The notes beneath the pieces were generated by a model. It ran no database searches, was not told the DNA's origin, and was given only the letters and a program-made list of their open reading frames with translations. This document shows positions 1 through 11,313 of a DNA stretch of 64,000 nt, piece by piece; positions within the stretch are counted from its first letter, which is position 1; each line of letters begins with the position of its first letter. The DNA lies in assembly GCA_963749495.1 (NCBI GenBank), contig CAVVMW010000006.1, forward strand, positions 704,001-768,000, read 5' to 3'. Source of the stretch: an uncultured bacterium (GTDB lineage: Bacteria; Verrucomicrobiota; Verrucomicrobiia; Limisphaerales; UBA8199). Position numbers and translations under genes: made by a program.

Positions 1-2
1 AA

Positions 3-170
3 GGATTTGATTATCTGCGAGACACAGTGTTGAAGGATCCGAAAGCGCTCGATCGCATCAAAGGATGGGCGTTTGATTATCTCTCATTGGCACGTGGCGT
101 GGTTTCCAAAGAGGATGTGGCTCGCCAGATTGACCGCAAGAAAGAGGCCTTGGCAAAGAACCAGCCTTGA
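3..170 (+). CDS. 3' end of a hypothetical protein (partial)
   Basis: Open frame from the window edge (GFDYLRDTVLKDPKALDRIKGW...KNQP*) ending at TGA 168-170; no recognisable motif. Confidence 0.35.
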   Translation, partial: GFDYLRDTVLKDPKALDRIKGWAFDYLSLARGVVSKEDVARQIDRKKEALAKNQP

Positions 171-437
171 CCGGCCTGCGTGGCGAACAAGTCGCCGGAC
201 ACTCAAAAGGCTGATCCTCAAAATCTGCAGATCGCGACAGCTCTGCCCTCACCGGTTCTTATCGTGCTAAAATGGAGCGATGCGGACAGCCAAAAGGCAA
301 CCCGCTGCCCGTTCCAGCGTGCGTCCGAAGAATTCTGTCGTGCGCCCGACGAAAGGGACTCAAGGGACAAAAGGGATGCGAGGCCTCCGTTGTTCTTCCC
401 TCGGACGAACTTCTCTCCGCGTCTCCGCGTCTCCGCG

Positions 438-3400
438 TCATTCCTCCGCCGGGGCGAAGCCGCGGCGCAGGCAGTTCTCGGTGATGACGCGCGGCACCAG
501 GAAATTCTCCAGGTATTCGCGTCCGCCGGCTTTGGTGCCGCCGCCGGACATTTTGAATCCGCCAAAGGGCTGGCGTTCCACGATGGCGCCGGTGACAGTG
601 CGGTTGAGGTAGAGGTTGCCGCAGATCAACTCCGCCTTGACGCGTTCGAGGTTGACCGGGCTGCGCGAATAACAGCCGCCGGTCAGGGCGAACTCGCTGT
701 CGTTGGCCAGCGCCAGGGCTTGGTCGAAGTCCTTGGCCCGCGTCACGGCCAGGACCGGGCCGAACATTTCCTCGCGGAACAGGGGGCTGGCCGGGGGCAC
801 GTCCGTGAAGATGACGGGCGGGACGTAGCAGGCCCTGGGGTCGTCGGGCACGACGCCCTGCCAGGCGAGCCGCGCTTCGGCTTTGCCGGCGGCGATAACG
901 GCCAGGAGGCGCTGCTGGGCGTCGCGGTTGATGACCGGGCCGATGAGGGCGCCCGGCTCCTCTGCGGGGCCGACGCGCAAGGAAGCGGCGGCGGCCACGA
1001 GGCGCTCGACGAACCTCTGGTAATTGTCCTGGAGGACCACCACGCGCGAGAGGGCGCTGCACTTCTGCCCCTGGTAGCCAAAGGCCGAGGCGATGCAACC
1101 CACGACCGCCTCATCCAGGTCCGCGTCGCTGTCGACAATGATGCAGTTCTTGCCGCCCATCTCGCAGACGATTCTTTTGAGATTCGCCTGGCCCGGAGCG
1201 GTGCGCCCGGCCGCCTCCCAGATACGGAGGCCGACCTCCTTCGAGCCGGTGAAGGCGATGAAATCGACCCGAGGATGGCTCACCAGATGGGCGCCCACGC
1301 GGCTGCCTGGCCCAGTGAGCAGGTTGGCCACGCCGGGCGGCAGGCCCGCCTCGATGAGCAACTCCATCAGCCGGGCGCCGATGACCGGCGTCTGATCGGA
1401 GGGCTTGAGGATGACGGCATTGCCGGCGACGATGGCCGCAGCGGCCATGCCGGTGAGAATGGCGAGCGGGAAATTCCAGGGCGCGATGATCACGCCCACG
1501 CCGCGAGGCCACCAATGCTGGAAGTTGGATTCGCCGGGAACGGCCTGCGTGCGCTGGGGACGGCCCAGGCCGCGCATGACCCCCGCGTAGAAGTTGCAGA
1601 AATCGATGGCCTCGGCCACGTCGGCATCGGACTCGGTCCAGTTCTTGCCCGCTTCGAGCATTTCCAAGGCGCAGAGGGCGGCCTTGTCCCGGCGGATGAG
1701 TTGGGCGGCCTGTTCGAGGATGGCGGCCCGCTCGGCTGCGGGCGTGCGCGCCCAGCCGGGCTGGGCCGCGCGGGCGGCAGCCAGGGCCAATTCGGCCTGG
1801 GCCACCTTGCCCTCAGCGGCATAGCCGACGACTTCGTCCTGGTTGGCCGGGTTCAACGAGGGCAGCCAATCCGGGGTCGAGACGGGGCAGTTATCGATGA
1901 CCAGCGGGCAGCGCCGGCCCAGGTTCTGGCGCGCATCGCGGATGGCGGCGAGCATCTTCTGGCGTTGGGCCGGGAGGGTGAAATCGGTGTGCGGCTCGTT
2001 TCGGAATGGTTGGACGGCGGGAGCGGGAGCGGCGGGAGCGGGGCCTGGGGCCGTCCGCCCCAGGCCGCCCGCCGCCTTGGCGCGCGGGTCCTCCAGGAGG
2101 TCGCCGCGGCTTGCGCCCTTGGCGAACTTGTTGGCCAGGAACCCTTCGTTGGAGGTGTTCTCCAGGAGGCGGCGCACGAAATAGGCGATGCCGGGGAGCA
2201 ACTCGCCCACGGGGCAATACTCGCGCAGGCGGCAATCCACTTTCAAGACGGCGTCCTTGATCGGTTCGGCCATGCCGTAGAGCATTTGAAACTCGATGCT
2301 GCGGCGCTCTACCCCGAGGCGCTCGGCCTGGGCCAGGGCATAGGCGATGCTGCGCACGTTGTGCGTGCCGAATGCCGCATCCACGGCGTCGTCGTTCTCC
2401 AGCAGCAGCCTCGACAGGCCCTCGAAGCTGGCATCGGACTCCGCCTTCTGGGAGAAGACCGGCACGGGCCAGTGCCGCTGCCCGGCCAGGATAGTCTCGT
2501 AATCCCAATAGGCGCCTTTGACCAGGCGGATGGTCAGGCGGCGGCGGCGTTCGCGCGCCCAGGCCATCAGCGCGCGCAAGTCCGCCTCGCAATCGCGCAG
2601 GTAGGCCTGCAGGGCCAGGCCGCAGGCCGGTTCCGAGGCGAACTCGGGCTCGGCGAAGATCGTCGTGAACGCGCGCAACGTCAGGTTCTTGAGGGCATAG
2701 CTCTCCATGTCGAAGTTGATGAAGGCGCGGAGTTCCTTGGCGCGGCGGAGGATGGGCCGCAGGCGCGCCGAGATTCTGGCGATGGCGGTATCGGGGTCGG
2801 CGGGGTGGATTTGCGAATAGAGGGCGGAGAGCTTGACCGAGAGGTTGAGGTGCGGGAGCGGGCCCCGGGGAGAGAGATTGCTCCGGCACGGGTGCGGCCA
2901 TTTGGCGGTCTCCAGACCCAGCATCTCCATCAGGTTCAGGTAACGTTGCGCGTATTGGTCCGCCTCCGCCTCGCTGACGACCGCCTCGCCCAGGCTATCC
3001 ACCGTGAAGGCAATGTCCTGGTCGTGGAGCCGGCGCAGCGTGGCCGCTATCTCCTTGTCATCGTTGCCGAGCATGAACTGGCGGGCCATGCCGGCGACCT
3101 GTGACTTGACACCGGCGCCCAGCAGCCAGCCGGCGCCGCCGGCCGCCTTGAGGCCCAGCCGCAACGCCGGAGAGAGGTGCGCCTGGTTCTGGCCCAGGTA
3201 CTCCTGCAGGTGGCGCGCCACCTCGCCCGAGGAGGTGAGGGTCGGCAACACGTCCACGAAACGGAAGAACTGCGTCTTGAACCGCTCGTCGCGCATGGCC
3301 CATTCCATCATGGTGCCGTAAAACCCCTTCTTGCTGAACAATGAGGGCGGCTCGGCCGCGTCCATGAGCGTGAAAAGCTGCTCGCCCAGGCGGCGGACGG

Positions 3401-3471
3401 CGCCCTGGAGGTCCGTTGGCGGAGGGGCACCCGCCTTCGGGTACTCCAGTGTCGGCAGCAGTTGATTCCAT
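438..3471 (-). CDS. putA: Bifunctional proline dehydrogenase / L-glutamate gamma-semialdehyde (P5C) dehydrogenase PutA
   Basis: PRODH motifs (FINFDMES, IRLVKGAYWDYE, GTHN, EFQMLYGM, RRLLENTSNEGF) followed by ALDH motifs (PWNFP, FTGS, EMGGKN, GQKCSA, EEMFGP). The likely ATG at 3471 is one base out of frame (ATGGAATCAACTG), so the start is uncertain. Confidence 0.95.
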
Positions 3472-3579
3472 AAACTGAAATATGCTTCCACGCGGCGAGC
3501 AAGCAAGGGGAAAGAGGGGTGCCTTCGGCGGCACGACCGTCCGAGGAACAATAGAACCTGGGAACGGCGATGGGCCCGA

Positions 3580-3805
3580 ATCCATCCCGGAGGGATGAAA
3601 GAGGGTAGCCGGGGGTCGAAGCGCAGCGAGACCCCCGGTCTCGGAACGCTGTGCTTCCGCATCCCGGAGGGATGCCAGAGAGGTGCTCGGGCCAGGTGCG
3701 CATGCATTCTGGCACCCCTCCGGGGTGCGGGATCCTGCCCGCCACCGACCGGGGGTCGCGGCGCCGCGACCCCCGGCTACCTTCTGGCAACCCTCCGGGT
3801 TGCGG
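3580..3805. repeat. REP/REPIN-like palindromic intergenic element
   Basis: Nested hairpins (CATCCCGGAGGGATG twice, GGGGGTC...GACCCCC) whose two halves are inverted relative to each other. Confidence 0.7.
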
Positions 3806-3871
3806 CGCACCACTGCCGGAACCGGCGGGAAACCGTTGACCTTGCTGCCGCATCTACTTATGCTCTGCGCC

Positions 3872-5215
3872 ATGAAACTCAACATGACGCGGCGGAATTT
3901 TCTGAGGACCTCGGCGCTGGGAACGGGGGTGTTGGCATTGCCCTCCAGCAGGCTGGCCCTGGCTTATGCGGAGAACGACAAGCTCAATGTGGCGGGCATC
4001 GGCGTCGGTGGCCAGGGCCGCGGGGACCTGGACACCATTGCCGGCTCGGGTGCGGACGTGGTGGCGCTCTGCGACGCGGACCGGACGCGCGCCGGGGACG
4101 TTTATCCGAAGTATCCCAAGGCAGCAGCCTTCACGGATTTCCGGCGGATGTTCGACAAGATGGGCAAGGAGATCGACGCGGTGTTGGTGGCGACGCCCGA
4201 CCACACGCACGCGGTGGCGGCGGTGGCGGCCATGCGCCAGGGCAAGCATGTTTATTGCGAAAAGCCGCTCGCCCGCACGGTGCGCGAGGCGCGAGTGATG
4301 CGCCAGACAGCCCGGCGGCATGGGGTGGTCACGCAGATGGGCAACCAGGGCAGCGCGGAAAACGGTTTGAGGCGCGGCGTCGAACTAGTCTGGGCCGGCG
4401 CCGTCGGCGAGGTGCGCGAGGCGCACGTTTGGTTTGACGGCGGCAACGGGCCGCAGAAACGGCCCACGGAGCAGCCGCCGGTGCCCGCGACGCTGGATTG
4501 GGACCTGTGGCTGGGACCGGCCCCGGAGCGGCCTTACCATCCGTGCTATGTGCCGGCAAGCTGGCGCGGTTGGCGCGCCTTCGGCAGCGGGATTGTCGGC
4601 GATTTCGGCTGCCATACGGGCAACCTCATGTTTCGCGCCTTGCGCCTGGAGCAATTGTGGGACCCGCCGGGCGCCGCTCCCGAGCGCATCGTCGTGCGCG
4701 TTGAGGCCAAACCCTCGGAGGTGGACCTCGAAGGCTATCCCTCGGCGATGGTAGCGGTGGTCGAGTTGCCGGCGCGCGGCCAGTTGCCGCCGGTCAAGCT
4801 GACAGTCTATGCCAAGGACAAGCCTGCCGAGGAACTCCTGCTGGATCACCCGCGCGGCGGCTGGGGCGATCTGTTGGTCGGCAGCAAGGGCTCGATCTAT
4901 TCGGATTGTCCGTGGAACACCCGGTTCGCCCTGTTGCCCAGGTCGAAATTCCAGGGCTTCAAGAGCGGCCCGCCGGAAAACCTGCCATCCTCCTCCGGCC
5001 ACCACCGCGAATGGGTCGAGGCCTGCAAGGGCAAGGGCAAGACATTCTCCAGTTTCGACATCGGCGGCCCGCTGACCGAGTTGATGCAACTGGTCAACCT
5101 CGCCACCCTGGTCCCGGGCCCCATCGAGTACGACACCCTCAGCGGGCGCGTCCTCAACTCCGAGCCGGCCGCTCTGCTGCTTCATCGGGAGTATCGCCAG
5201 GGGTGGGAGATTTGA
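3872..5215 (+). CDS. Tat-exported Gfo/Idh/MocA family oxidoreductase
   Basis: TRRNFL twin-arginine signal, GIGVGGQG Rossmann motif, VATPDHTH, YCEKPL, LDWDLWLGPAP. Confidence 0.92.
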   Translation: MKLNMTRRNFLRTSALGTGVLALPSSRLALAYAENDKLNVAGIGVGGQGRGDLDTIAGSGADVVALCDADRTRAGDVYPKYPKAAAFTDFRRMFDKMGKEIDAVLVATPDHTHAVAAVAAMRQGKHVYCEKPLARTVREARVMRQTARRHGVVTQMGNQGSAENGLRRGVELVWAGAVGEVREAHVWFDGGNGPQKRPTEQPPVPATLDWDLWLGPAPERPYHPCYVPASWRGWRAFGSGIVGDFGCHTGNLMFRALRLEQLWDPPGAAPERIVVRVEAKPSEVDLEGYPSAMVAVVELPARGQLPPVKLTVYAKDKPAEELLLDHPRGGWGDLLVGSKGSIYSDCPWNTRFALLPRSKFQGFKSGPPENLPSSSGHHREWVEACKGKGKTFSSFDIGGPLTELMQLVNLATLVPGPIEYDTLSGRVLNSEPAALLLHREYRQGWEI

Positions 5216-5350
5216 CTCGAATGACAAATGACGAATGACGAATGACGAAGAGGGAGTGGCTGGGAGGCCGCAACGCGAACGTCCCTTTCCTCCCTTTTGT
5301 CCCTTTTGTCCCTTTTGTCCCTTGCCGAAGGGACAAAAGGGACGGGATCC

Positions 5351-6625
5351 CTACGCTCCGCTGCTGCACAACCCGCGCATCACCAGGAACGTCGTCCCCA
5401 GGAGGATGGCGGCGCAGACCACGTAGGGCACCGGGGGACTGTAACCCAGGAGCGGCGTGGCGAAGAGCGGCCCGAGGATGCGCGCCAGGCTGCCGGCGCT
5501 TTGAGCGACCCCGAGGGTCGCCCCTTGCTCGCGGGGGGGCGTGAGGTTGGAGAGCAGGCCGAACAGAGGCGGGCGGGTGAGGCCGGTGCCGACCGCCAGC
5601 AGGGCCAGGGCCGCGAGCATCGCCACCCAGGGCAGGCCCTGGTGCCGCAGCAGCACGCCCCAGGAGAGCCGCGCGACGCCGCCGATGAACGGCAGCCAGG
5701 CCATGCTGGCCGCCGTCAGGACCAGGCTCACCGCGATGAGCTTGGGCTCACCCAGCATCTTGACTAGCCGGCCAATCGCCCCGCCTTGCACGAAGGCCCC
5801 GATCAGCCCGCAATACACAAAGAGAGAGAAGACGGTCGTGGCCGATTTCTGGTCGAGCTGGAGGTCCAGGTGGAAGTTTTCCGTGACCAGCAGCGGGAGG
5901 GTGCTCTCGAAGCAACTGAAGCAGAAGGTGGCCAGGAAGAAGACGATGACCAATAGCCCGATTTTCGGCTGGCCCAAAGTGTGCAGCCATTGGTCCAGGT
6001 GCGGTCTTTGGGCCACGTGCTCGGAAGTCGGCTTGAGGCTCTCGACGAGAATGAAAAAGGCGAGGATGAAGTTGGCCCCGCACATCGCTGCCGCCAGCCA
6101 GCCCGGCCCGGATAGGCCCAGGGACTTGAAGCTGATGAAGCCGATGGCCGGGCCGAAGATGAATCCGAGGCCGAAGGCCATGCCGATGAGGCCCATCATC
6201 CTGGAGCGCTGCTCGGGGGGCGAGATATCGGCGATGTAGGCCTGGGCGACGGTGATGTTGCCGCCAAAGAGGCCGGCCAGCATCCGTGAGAGGACCATCA
6301 CCCCGAGCGCGGCGGCGTGGTTGGGCAGCCAGGTGCTCAGGGCAAAGAGCACATAGGAGGCGCAAGCCCCGGCGGTGCTCAACAGCAGGATGGGCCGCCG
6401 CCCATGGCGGTCCGAGAGCCTGCCCCAAACCGGCGAGAAGATGAACTGCATCGCCGAGAAGGCGGAGATGATGACGCCGATGATCAGGCCCTGTGCCCAC
6501 ACGGCCGTGACGGTATCCGGCACCAGGAGCTTGCCGTAAAGCGGCACCATCGGCACCACGATCCCGAACCCGACCAGGTCCATGAAGACGGTCAGGAATA
6601 TGACCAGCAAGGAGGGCTTTCTCAT
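5351..6625 (-). CDS. MFS transporter (TetA/DHA1-like)
   Basis: IFLTVFMDLVGFGIVVP, WGRLSDRHGRRP motif A, GLGFIFGPAIG; about 12 hydrophobic segments. Confidence 0.92.
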   Translation of the reverse strand: MRKPSLLVIFLTVFMDLVGFGIVVPMVPLYGKLLVPDTVTAVWAQGLIIGVIISAFSAMQFIFSPVWGRLSDRHGRRPILLLSTAGACASYVLFALSTWLPNHAAALGVMVLSRMLAGLFGGNITVAQAYIADISPPEQRSRMMGLIGMAFGLGFIFGPAIGFISFKSLGLSGPGWLAAAMCGANFILAFFILVESLKPTSEHVAQRPHLDQWLHTLGQPKIGLLVIVFFLATFCFSCFESTLPLLVTENFHLDLQLDQKSATTVFSLFVYCGLIGAFVQGGAIGRLVKMLGEPKLIAVSLVLTAASMAWLPFIGGVARLSWGVLLRHQGLPWVAMLAALALLAVGTGLTRPPLFGLLSNLTPPREQGATLGVAQSAGSLARILGPLFATPLLGYSPPVPYVVCAAILLGTTFLVMRGLCSSGA

Positions 6626-6732
6626 GAATCCCGTGGCGGCAGCGCCCCCGCGCCGCCGGGCTGCAGTTCCAATGACATAGCCAGAGTCTATGGGCGCATT
6701 GGCCGCCGTCAAGGGGGCCGGTGAAAGGAAGA

Positions 6733-6838
6733 CCTTGTCGCAACCTTCGCGGCAACCTTTGTCGCAGCCTTTGTCGCGACCTTTGTCGGACTGGGCGCTA
6801 TTCGACAAAGGCCTCGACAAAGTCTGCGACAAAGGCTC
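6733..6838. repeat. 12-bp tandem/inverted repeat (CTTTGTCGCRRC ... CGACAAAGG), copy 1
   Basis: Four CTTTGTCG-like units followed by three inverted CGACAAAG units; homologous to 12518-12597. Confidence 0.8.
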
Positions 6839-6995
6839 GGAATGCGAGTTCCTGAAAAGGCTCTGGGCGCAGGATCGCGCCCCGCTTTAAGATTGCATCG
6901 GCGGGCCGGTTGGCGCAGGATGGCGCAGATATCGGTGACAGGGGACGGAGATGTCCGCCGGCGCCGCGTCAAGTGTGAATTCAATCCAGACTAAC

Positions 6996-7682
6996 ATGCC
7001 TCCTCTCAAAATAACCCAGACGCGCGACACTCGCCGCCGCATCCTGCTGGTGGACGATCATGCCGTGGTGCGCTACGGCATAGCGCAGATCATCAACCGG
7101 GAGGCGGACCTGGTGGTTTGCGGCGAAGAGGAGAACGCCGGCAACGCGCTGAGCGCCATCGCCAAGGTGAGGCCCGACCTGGTCATTGCGGACATTTCGC
7201 TCAAGGACAGCAGCGGTTTGGAGTTGATGCGCAACATCAAGGCGCAGTATGAGAAGCTGCCGGTCCTGGTGGTCAGCGCCCACGACGAGTCGGTTTATGC
7301 GGAGGTCGCATTCCGGGCCGGGGCGATGGGCTACGTGATGAAGGGCGAGCCGCTGGAGAGGGTGGTGACCGCCATTCGCCGGGTGCTGGGAGGCAACCTT
7401 TACGTGAGCGACGCCCTGGCTGCCCGGATGCTCGAGCAGCAATTCCGCGGCAAGACCAGCCCCAAGCAGTCGCCGGCCGAGAACCTGAGCGACCGCGAGT
7501 TGGAGGTCTTCCAGATGATTGGCGAATGGAAGAAGACCAGCGAGATCGCCGCCGAACTCCACCTGAGCATCAAGACGATCGAGTACTACCGCGAGCAGAT
7601 CAAACGCAAGCTCAACCTGAAGAACTCCGCCGAGTTGACCCAGCGCGCCACATCGTGGGTGCAGCGCGAAAACCCGGCGTGA
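6996..7682 (+). CDS. NarL/FixJ family response regulator
   Basis: REC domain (LVDDH, ADISL, GYVMK) plus LuxR HTH (LSDRELEVF...LSIKTIEYYR). Confidence 0.95.
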   Translation: MPPLKITQTRDTRRRILLVDDHAVVRYGIAQIINREADLVVCGEEENAGNALSAIAKVRPDLVIADISLKDSSGLELMRNIKAQYEKLPVLVVSAHDESVYAEVAFRAGAMGYVMKGEPLERVVTAIRRVLGGNLYVSDALAARMLEQQFRGKTSPKQSPAENLSDRELEVFQMIGEWKKTSEIAAELHLSIKTIEYYREQIKRKLNLKNSAELTQRATSWVQRENPA

Positions 7683-7701
7683 GTTGACAATCCCGCAGAG
7701 C

Positions 7702-8481
7702 ATGAGTGCCGCGCAGAGAGGAAAACAGGTTGAAGAGGCGAACCGGCCCGCTCGACCGGCGGTTTCGGTCCTGGCCCCGGCAGGAGCGGGGGCGCCGTCC
7801 CGGGCGCAGGCGGCGGAAGCGGGCCGCAAGGCCGGCCTGCGCATCCGGCTGCTGGTGGTGGATGACCACCCGGTCGTGCGCAAAGGGATCAGCTCCTGCC
7901 TGGCCTGCCAGCCCAATTTCGAGGTCGTGGGCGAGGCGGGCGACGGCAAGGCCGCGCTCAACAAGGCGCGGGAACTGGCGCCCGACATCGCGCTCCTGGA
8001 CCTGGACCTGCCCCAGATGGACGGCCTGGCGGTGACCGAAGTCCTGCGCCGGGAACTGCCCAACATCAAGGTGCTCATCCTCTCGATGCACAGCAACTCG
8101 GAGCACGTCCTGCGCATCCTGCAGGCCGGCGCCCGCGGCTACGTGCTCAAAGGCGCCTCCGCCGAGGAGTTGGTGCAAGCCATCCAAACCGTCCAGGCCG
8201 GCGAGACCTTCTTCAGCCCCGAGGTGGCCCGCCTGGCCCTCAACCAGTTCGTGCGGGGCGCCGGCAAAACACCCGCCGGCGAACTCACCGACCGCGAGCG
8301 CCAGGTGCTCATCCAAATCGCCGAAGGGTTGACCAACAAAGAGATCGCCACCCGCCTGGAGGTCGGCGTCCGCACCGTCGAGACGCATCGCGAGCGCATC
8401 ATGCGCAAGCTCAACATTCACAGCATCGCCGGCCTCACCAGGTACGCCATCGCCAAAGAGTGGGTCACGCTGAGGGAGTGA
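7702..8481 (+). CDS. NarL/FixJ family response regulator
   Basis: VVDDHPVVRKG, LLDLDLP, LTDRERQVL...GLTNKEIA...VRTVETHR. Confidence 0.95.
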   Translation: MSAAQRGKQVEEANRPARPAVSVLAPAGAGAPSRAQAAEAGRKAGLRIRLLVVDDHPVVRKGISSCLACQPNFEVVGEAGDGKAALNKARELAPDIALLDLDLPQMDGLAVTEVLRRELPNIKVLILSMHSNSEHVLRILQAGARGYVLKGASAEELVQAIQTVQAGETFFSPEVARLALNQFVRGAGKTPAGELTDRERQVLIQIAEGLTNKEIATRLEVGVRTVETHRERIMRKLNIHSIAGLTRYAIAKEWVTLRE

Positions 8482-8540
8482 GAACCGACATCTAAAATGC
8501 CTTGAGCCGGCGGGGCGCGCTACGGCAGAATCAGAGGCGC

Positions 8541-9767
8541 ATGCGAGTGCTGTTGACGACGACTCGCTCCTGGCATCTGGAGCGGACCGCCCTGGCCTTT
8601 TCGGCGAGGCAGGCCCTGGCGGGCCTCTGGATGGCGGACCGCAACCGGCTCGGGACCCCGTCGGCGGAGTATCGGCGCTGCTGGCCCTATCACTTGGCGA
8701 TGAAGCCCTTTTACCACTTCACCCCCCAGATCTGGCAGGAACGCGCGACCTATTGGCTCATCGGCTTGTGGCGGGCCTGGCTGCAGGCCGGCTTGCGCTC
8801 CGCCCGCTGCCCCCAATTCCAGGCCGCCCAGGGCATCGTCGGCTTCGCCAGCGAACTCTTCGACGGCGCCGAACGGGTCGGCGCCCTCAAGGTTGTCGAT
8901 TGTCCCAACACCCACCCCACAACTTACTTCGGCTTTTGGCAGCGCGAGTGCGACCTGTGGTGCCCGGGGGAAAAGGTCCCCATCCCCCGGTGGATGTTCG
9001 CCCGCATGAACCGGGAGATCGAACGGGCGGACCTCGTCATTGTGCAGTCCAAATTCTGCAAGGAATCGATGGAACTCAACGGCATCCCCGCCGGCAAGGT
9101 GCTGATCAACCCGATGGGGGTGGACTCGGCCGTTTTTCAGAAACGGACCGCACTGCCGGACAAGCCGCGGTTTGTGAACGTCGGCACGATCTGTCTGCGC
9201 AAAGGCCACCAATACCTGTTCCGCGCCTTTCAGATCGTCAAGGAACGTCTGCCGCAGGCCGAACTGATTTGCGTGGGGGACTACAAATGCGATTTTCGCC
9301 GCGAGCGCCCCAAATGGGAAGGGAGCTTCACCCATTATCGGCAGCTCACCCATGCGGAGCTGGCCCCGCTGCTGCGTAACTGCACCGCCTTTGTCTTCCC
9401 CTCCCAGGAGGAGGGCATCGCCCGCTCGCAAGTCGAGGCCCTCGCCTCCGGCCTGCCCTTGATCGGCACCCATGAGGGCGGAGCCACGACCCTGGTCCAG
9501 GACGGCGTCCAGGGCCTCATCGTGCGCGGCCGGGACCCCCAGGACATTGCTCGGGCGATGATCCGGCTGGCGACCGACCCGGAGTTGAACCGCCGGATGG
9601 GCGAGGCCGCCTGGCGCAAGGGGTCGGTCCAAAATGCCTGGCAGGACTACGGAGACCGGCTGCTGGCAGAATACGAACGGCGGCTGGGGGCGGATCAGCC
9701 GCAGGTGAATACCCACCCGTCAGACCCTTCCGACCTGTCTGACCTGTCCGACTCGTCCGACCCATGA
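8541..9767 (+). CDS. Glycosyltransferase family 4
   Basis: VGTICLRKG and FVFPSQEEGIARSQVEALASGLP (EX7E) motifs. Confidence 0.9.
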   Translation: MRVLLTTTRSWHLERTALAFSARQALAGLWMADRNRLGTPSAEYRRCWPYHLAMKPFYHFTPQIWQERATYWLIGLWRAWLQAGLRSARCPQFQAAQGIVGFASELFDGAERVGALKVVDCPNTHPTTYFGFWQRECDLWCPGEKVPIPRWMFARMNREIERADLVIVQSKFCKESMELNGIPAGKVLINPMGVDSAVFQKRTALPDKPRFVNVGTICLRKGHQYLFRAFQIVKERLPQAELICVGDYKCDFRRERPKWEGSFTHYRQLTHAELAPLLRNCTAFVFPSQEEGIARSQVEALASGLPLIGTHEGGATTLVQDGVQGLIVRGRDPQDIARAMIRLATDPELNRRMGEAAWRKGSVQNAWQDYGDRLLAEYERRLGADQPQVNTHPSDPSDLSDLSDSSDP

Positions 9768-9807
9768 CATCCTCAACACGGCGGGTGCAACCGCCGGATT
9801 CAGCATT

Positions 9808-11070
9808 ATGATTCCGCTTCATCGGCCCGCGTTCGGTCTGGGGAGGGTCATGGCCGCGTGCCTGGGCGCGACGGAGGGCCGGAGCTTGAGGCGGCTGGAG
9901 CAGGCCCATACGGAGGCGAGCGGGGGGGCGTGGGCGGTGTGGCTGCCCTCGGCCAGGGCCGGGATCTGTTGGGCGTTGAGGGCCGCAATCCAGGCCCAGG
10001 ACAACGTCATCGGCCCGGCGTTCACCTGCTCGGTCGTACACGAGGCCATGGTGCGCTCCGGGGGGACGGTGCGTCTGCTGGAGCCGGGGCCCGGAGATTT
10101 CCTGATGGACCGGCATGCCATCGCCCAACGGGAGAACGGGGGCCACGGCCTGGTGCTCTGTGAGGCATACGGGCACACCTACGACCTGGCCGAGTTGGAG
10201 CGGGCGGCCCCCTCGCAACCGGCGGTGCGTATTGTGGACATGGCCATGTCCGTGCCGGTCCCGGCGCTGTTCCAGAGGTTAGGGACCAAGGATTTTGCGG
10301 TCATCAGTTTCGGCAACGGCAAGAGCATGTATGCCGGCTGGGGCGGGATGGGCTTTGCCCGCGAGCGCGCCCTGGCAGAGGCAGTGCGCGAGCAGCGCGA
10401 CCTGGCGCTGGCCCGCGCCGGTTCGGGTTCCGGTGCTGGTGGCGCCGGTCTGTTCGCCCGCCGCACGCTGCGGGTGGCCCTGCGCACGGCCGCCCATTAC
10501 CCCTCGGTCTATGCCCTGACGTGGCGGCTTTATTATCGGGGCCGGCCCCTGCTGGCGCGGGCGGCGCGGTTGCCGGGCCGCAAGCGCGCGCCGGAGCCGG
10601 CCACGCCGCCGCCGGCCAGGCTCCCGCCGGAGTGGTCGGACGACCGGACCTGCGTGGCGGAGTGGAGAGCGCCCTCGACCCACCTGGACCGCGCCCTGGC
10701 GCTGTGGAACCTCGAAGGAGCGCCGGCCTTTGACGCCGCCCGCCTGGCCCTGGCGCGCCGCTATGAACAGAACCTCCAGGGGGCCAAAGGCATCACCCGC
10801 CCCAAATCCTCCCCCACGGCCTTGAGCCATTACACCGTGCGGGTCAATGCGGCCATCCGCAATGCCGTCAAACAGCGCCTGTGGCAGGGCGGCATTTATA
10901 CGATCTCGCTCTGGACCTTCCCCCCGCACCTTGACCGCGAGCAGTTCCCAGCCACCTTTCGTCTCAGCTCCGAGGTCATCAACCTGCCCCTCTCGCCCTG
11001 GATGAGCACCGAGCACGTGGACAGGGTATGTGAGCTGCTGGTGAAAGCCGTAGATCTGGGCTCGGGATGA
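9808..11070 (+). CDS. DegT/DnrJ/EryC1/StrS-like PLP-dependent aminotransferase
   Basis: PAFTC, SFGNGKS...GGM and C-terminal VINLPLSPWM; divergent member of the family. Confidence 0.8.
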   Translation: MIPLHRPAFGLGRVMAACLGATEGRSLRRLEQAHTEASGGAWAVWLPSARAGICWALRAAIQAQDNVIGPAFTCSVVHEAMVRSGGTVRLLEPGPGDFLMDRHAIAQRENGGHGLVLCEAYGHTYDLAELERAAPSQPAVRIVDMAMSVPVPALFQRLGTKDFAVISFGNGKSMYAGWGGMGFARERALAEAVREQRDLALARAGSGSGAGGAGLFARRTLRVALRTAAHYPSVYALTWRLYYRGRPLLARAARLPGRKRAPEPATPPPARLPPEWSDDRTCVAEWRAPSTHLDRALALWNLEGAPAFDAARLALARRYEQNLQGAKGITRPKSSPTALSHYTVRVNAAIRNAVKQRLWQGGIYTISLWTFPPHLDREQFPATFRLSSEVINLPLSPWMSTEHVDRVCELLVKAVDLGSG

Positions 11071-11083
11071 AGATCTTCAGTCA

Positions 11084-11293
11084 CCGCGTAGCGGTGCCTG
11101 ATGGTAGCCGTGGACTTCAGTCCACGGACCCCCGCCTGAGGACCACCCGCGTCGCGTAGCGACGCCTGAAAACAGGATTTCATCTGCCATCGCGAAGCCT
11201 TCAGGCGTCGCTACGCGACGCGCGATTCTTCCAAGGCCGCAAACCGTGGACCGAGGTCCACGGCTACCTTCACTGCGTCGCTACGCGACGCGC
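11084..11293. repeat. REP/MITE-like palindromic element
   Basis: CGCGTCGCGTAGCGACGCCTGAA...TTCAGGCGTCGCTACGCGACGCG inverted pair flanked by CCGTGGAC-N-GTCCACGG hairpins, between convergent genes. Confidence 0.75.
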
Positions 11294-11313
11294 GTGCTGG
11301 ACCGCTCTGAGGA

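Noticed and set aside
180..3104. 974-aa + strand ORF
   Set aside because: Antisense shadow of putA in GC-rich DNA; the same applies to the long antisense ORFs over the carbamoyltransferase, cmr6 and cas1.
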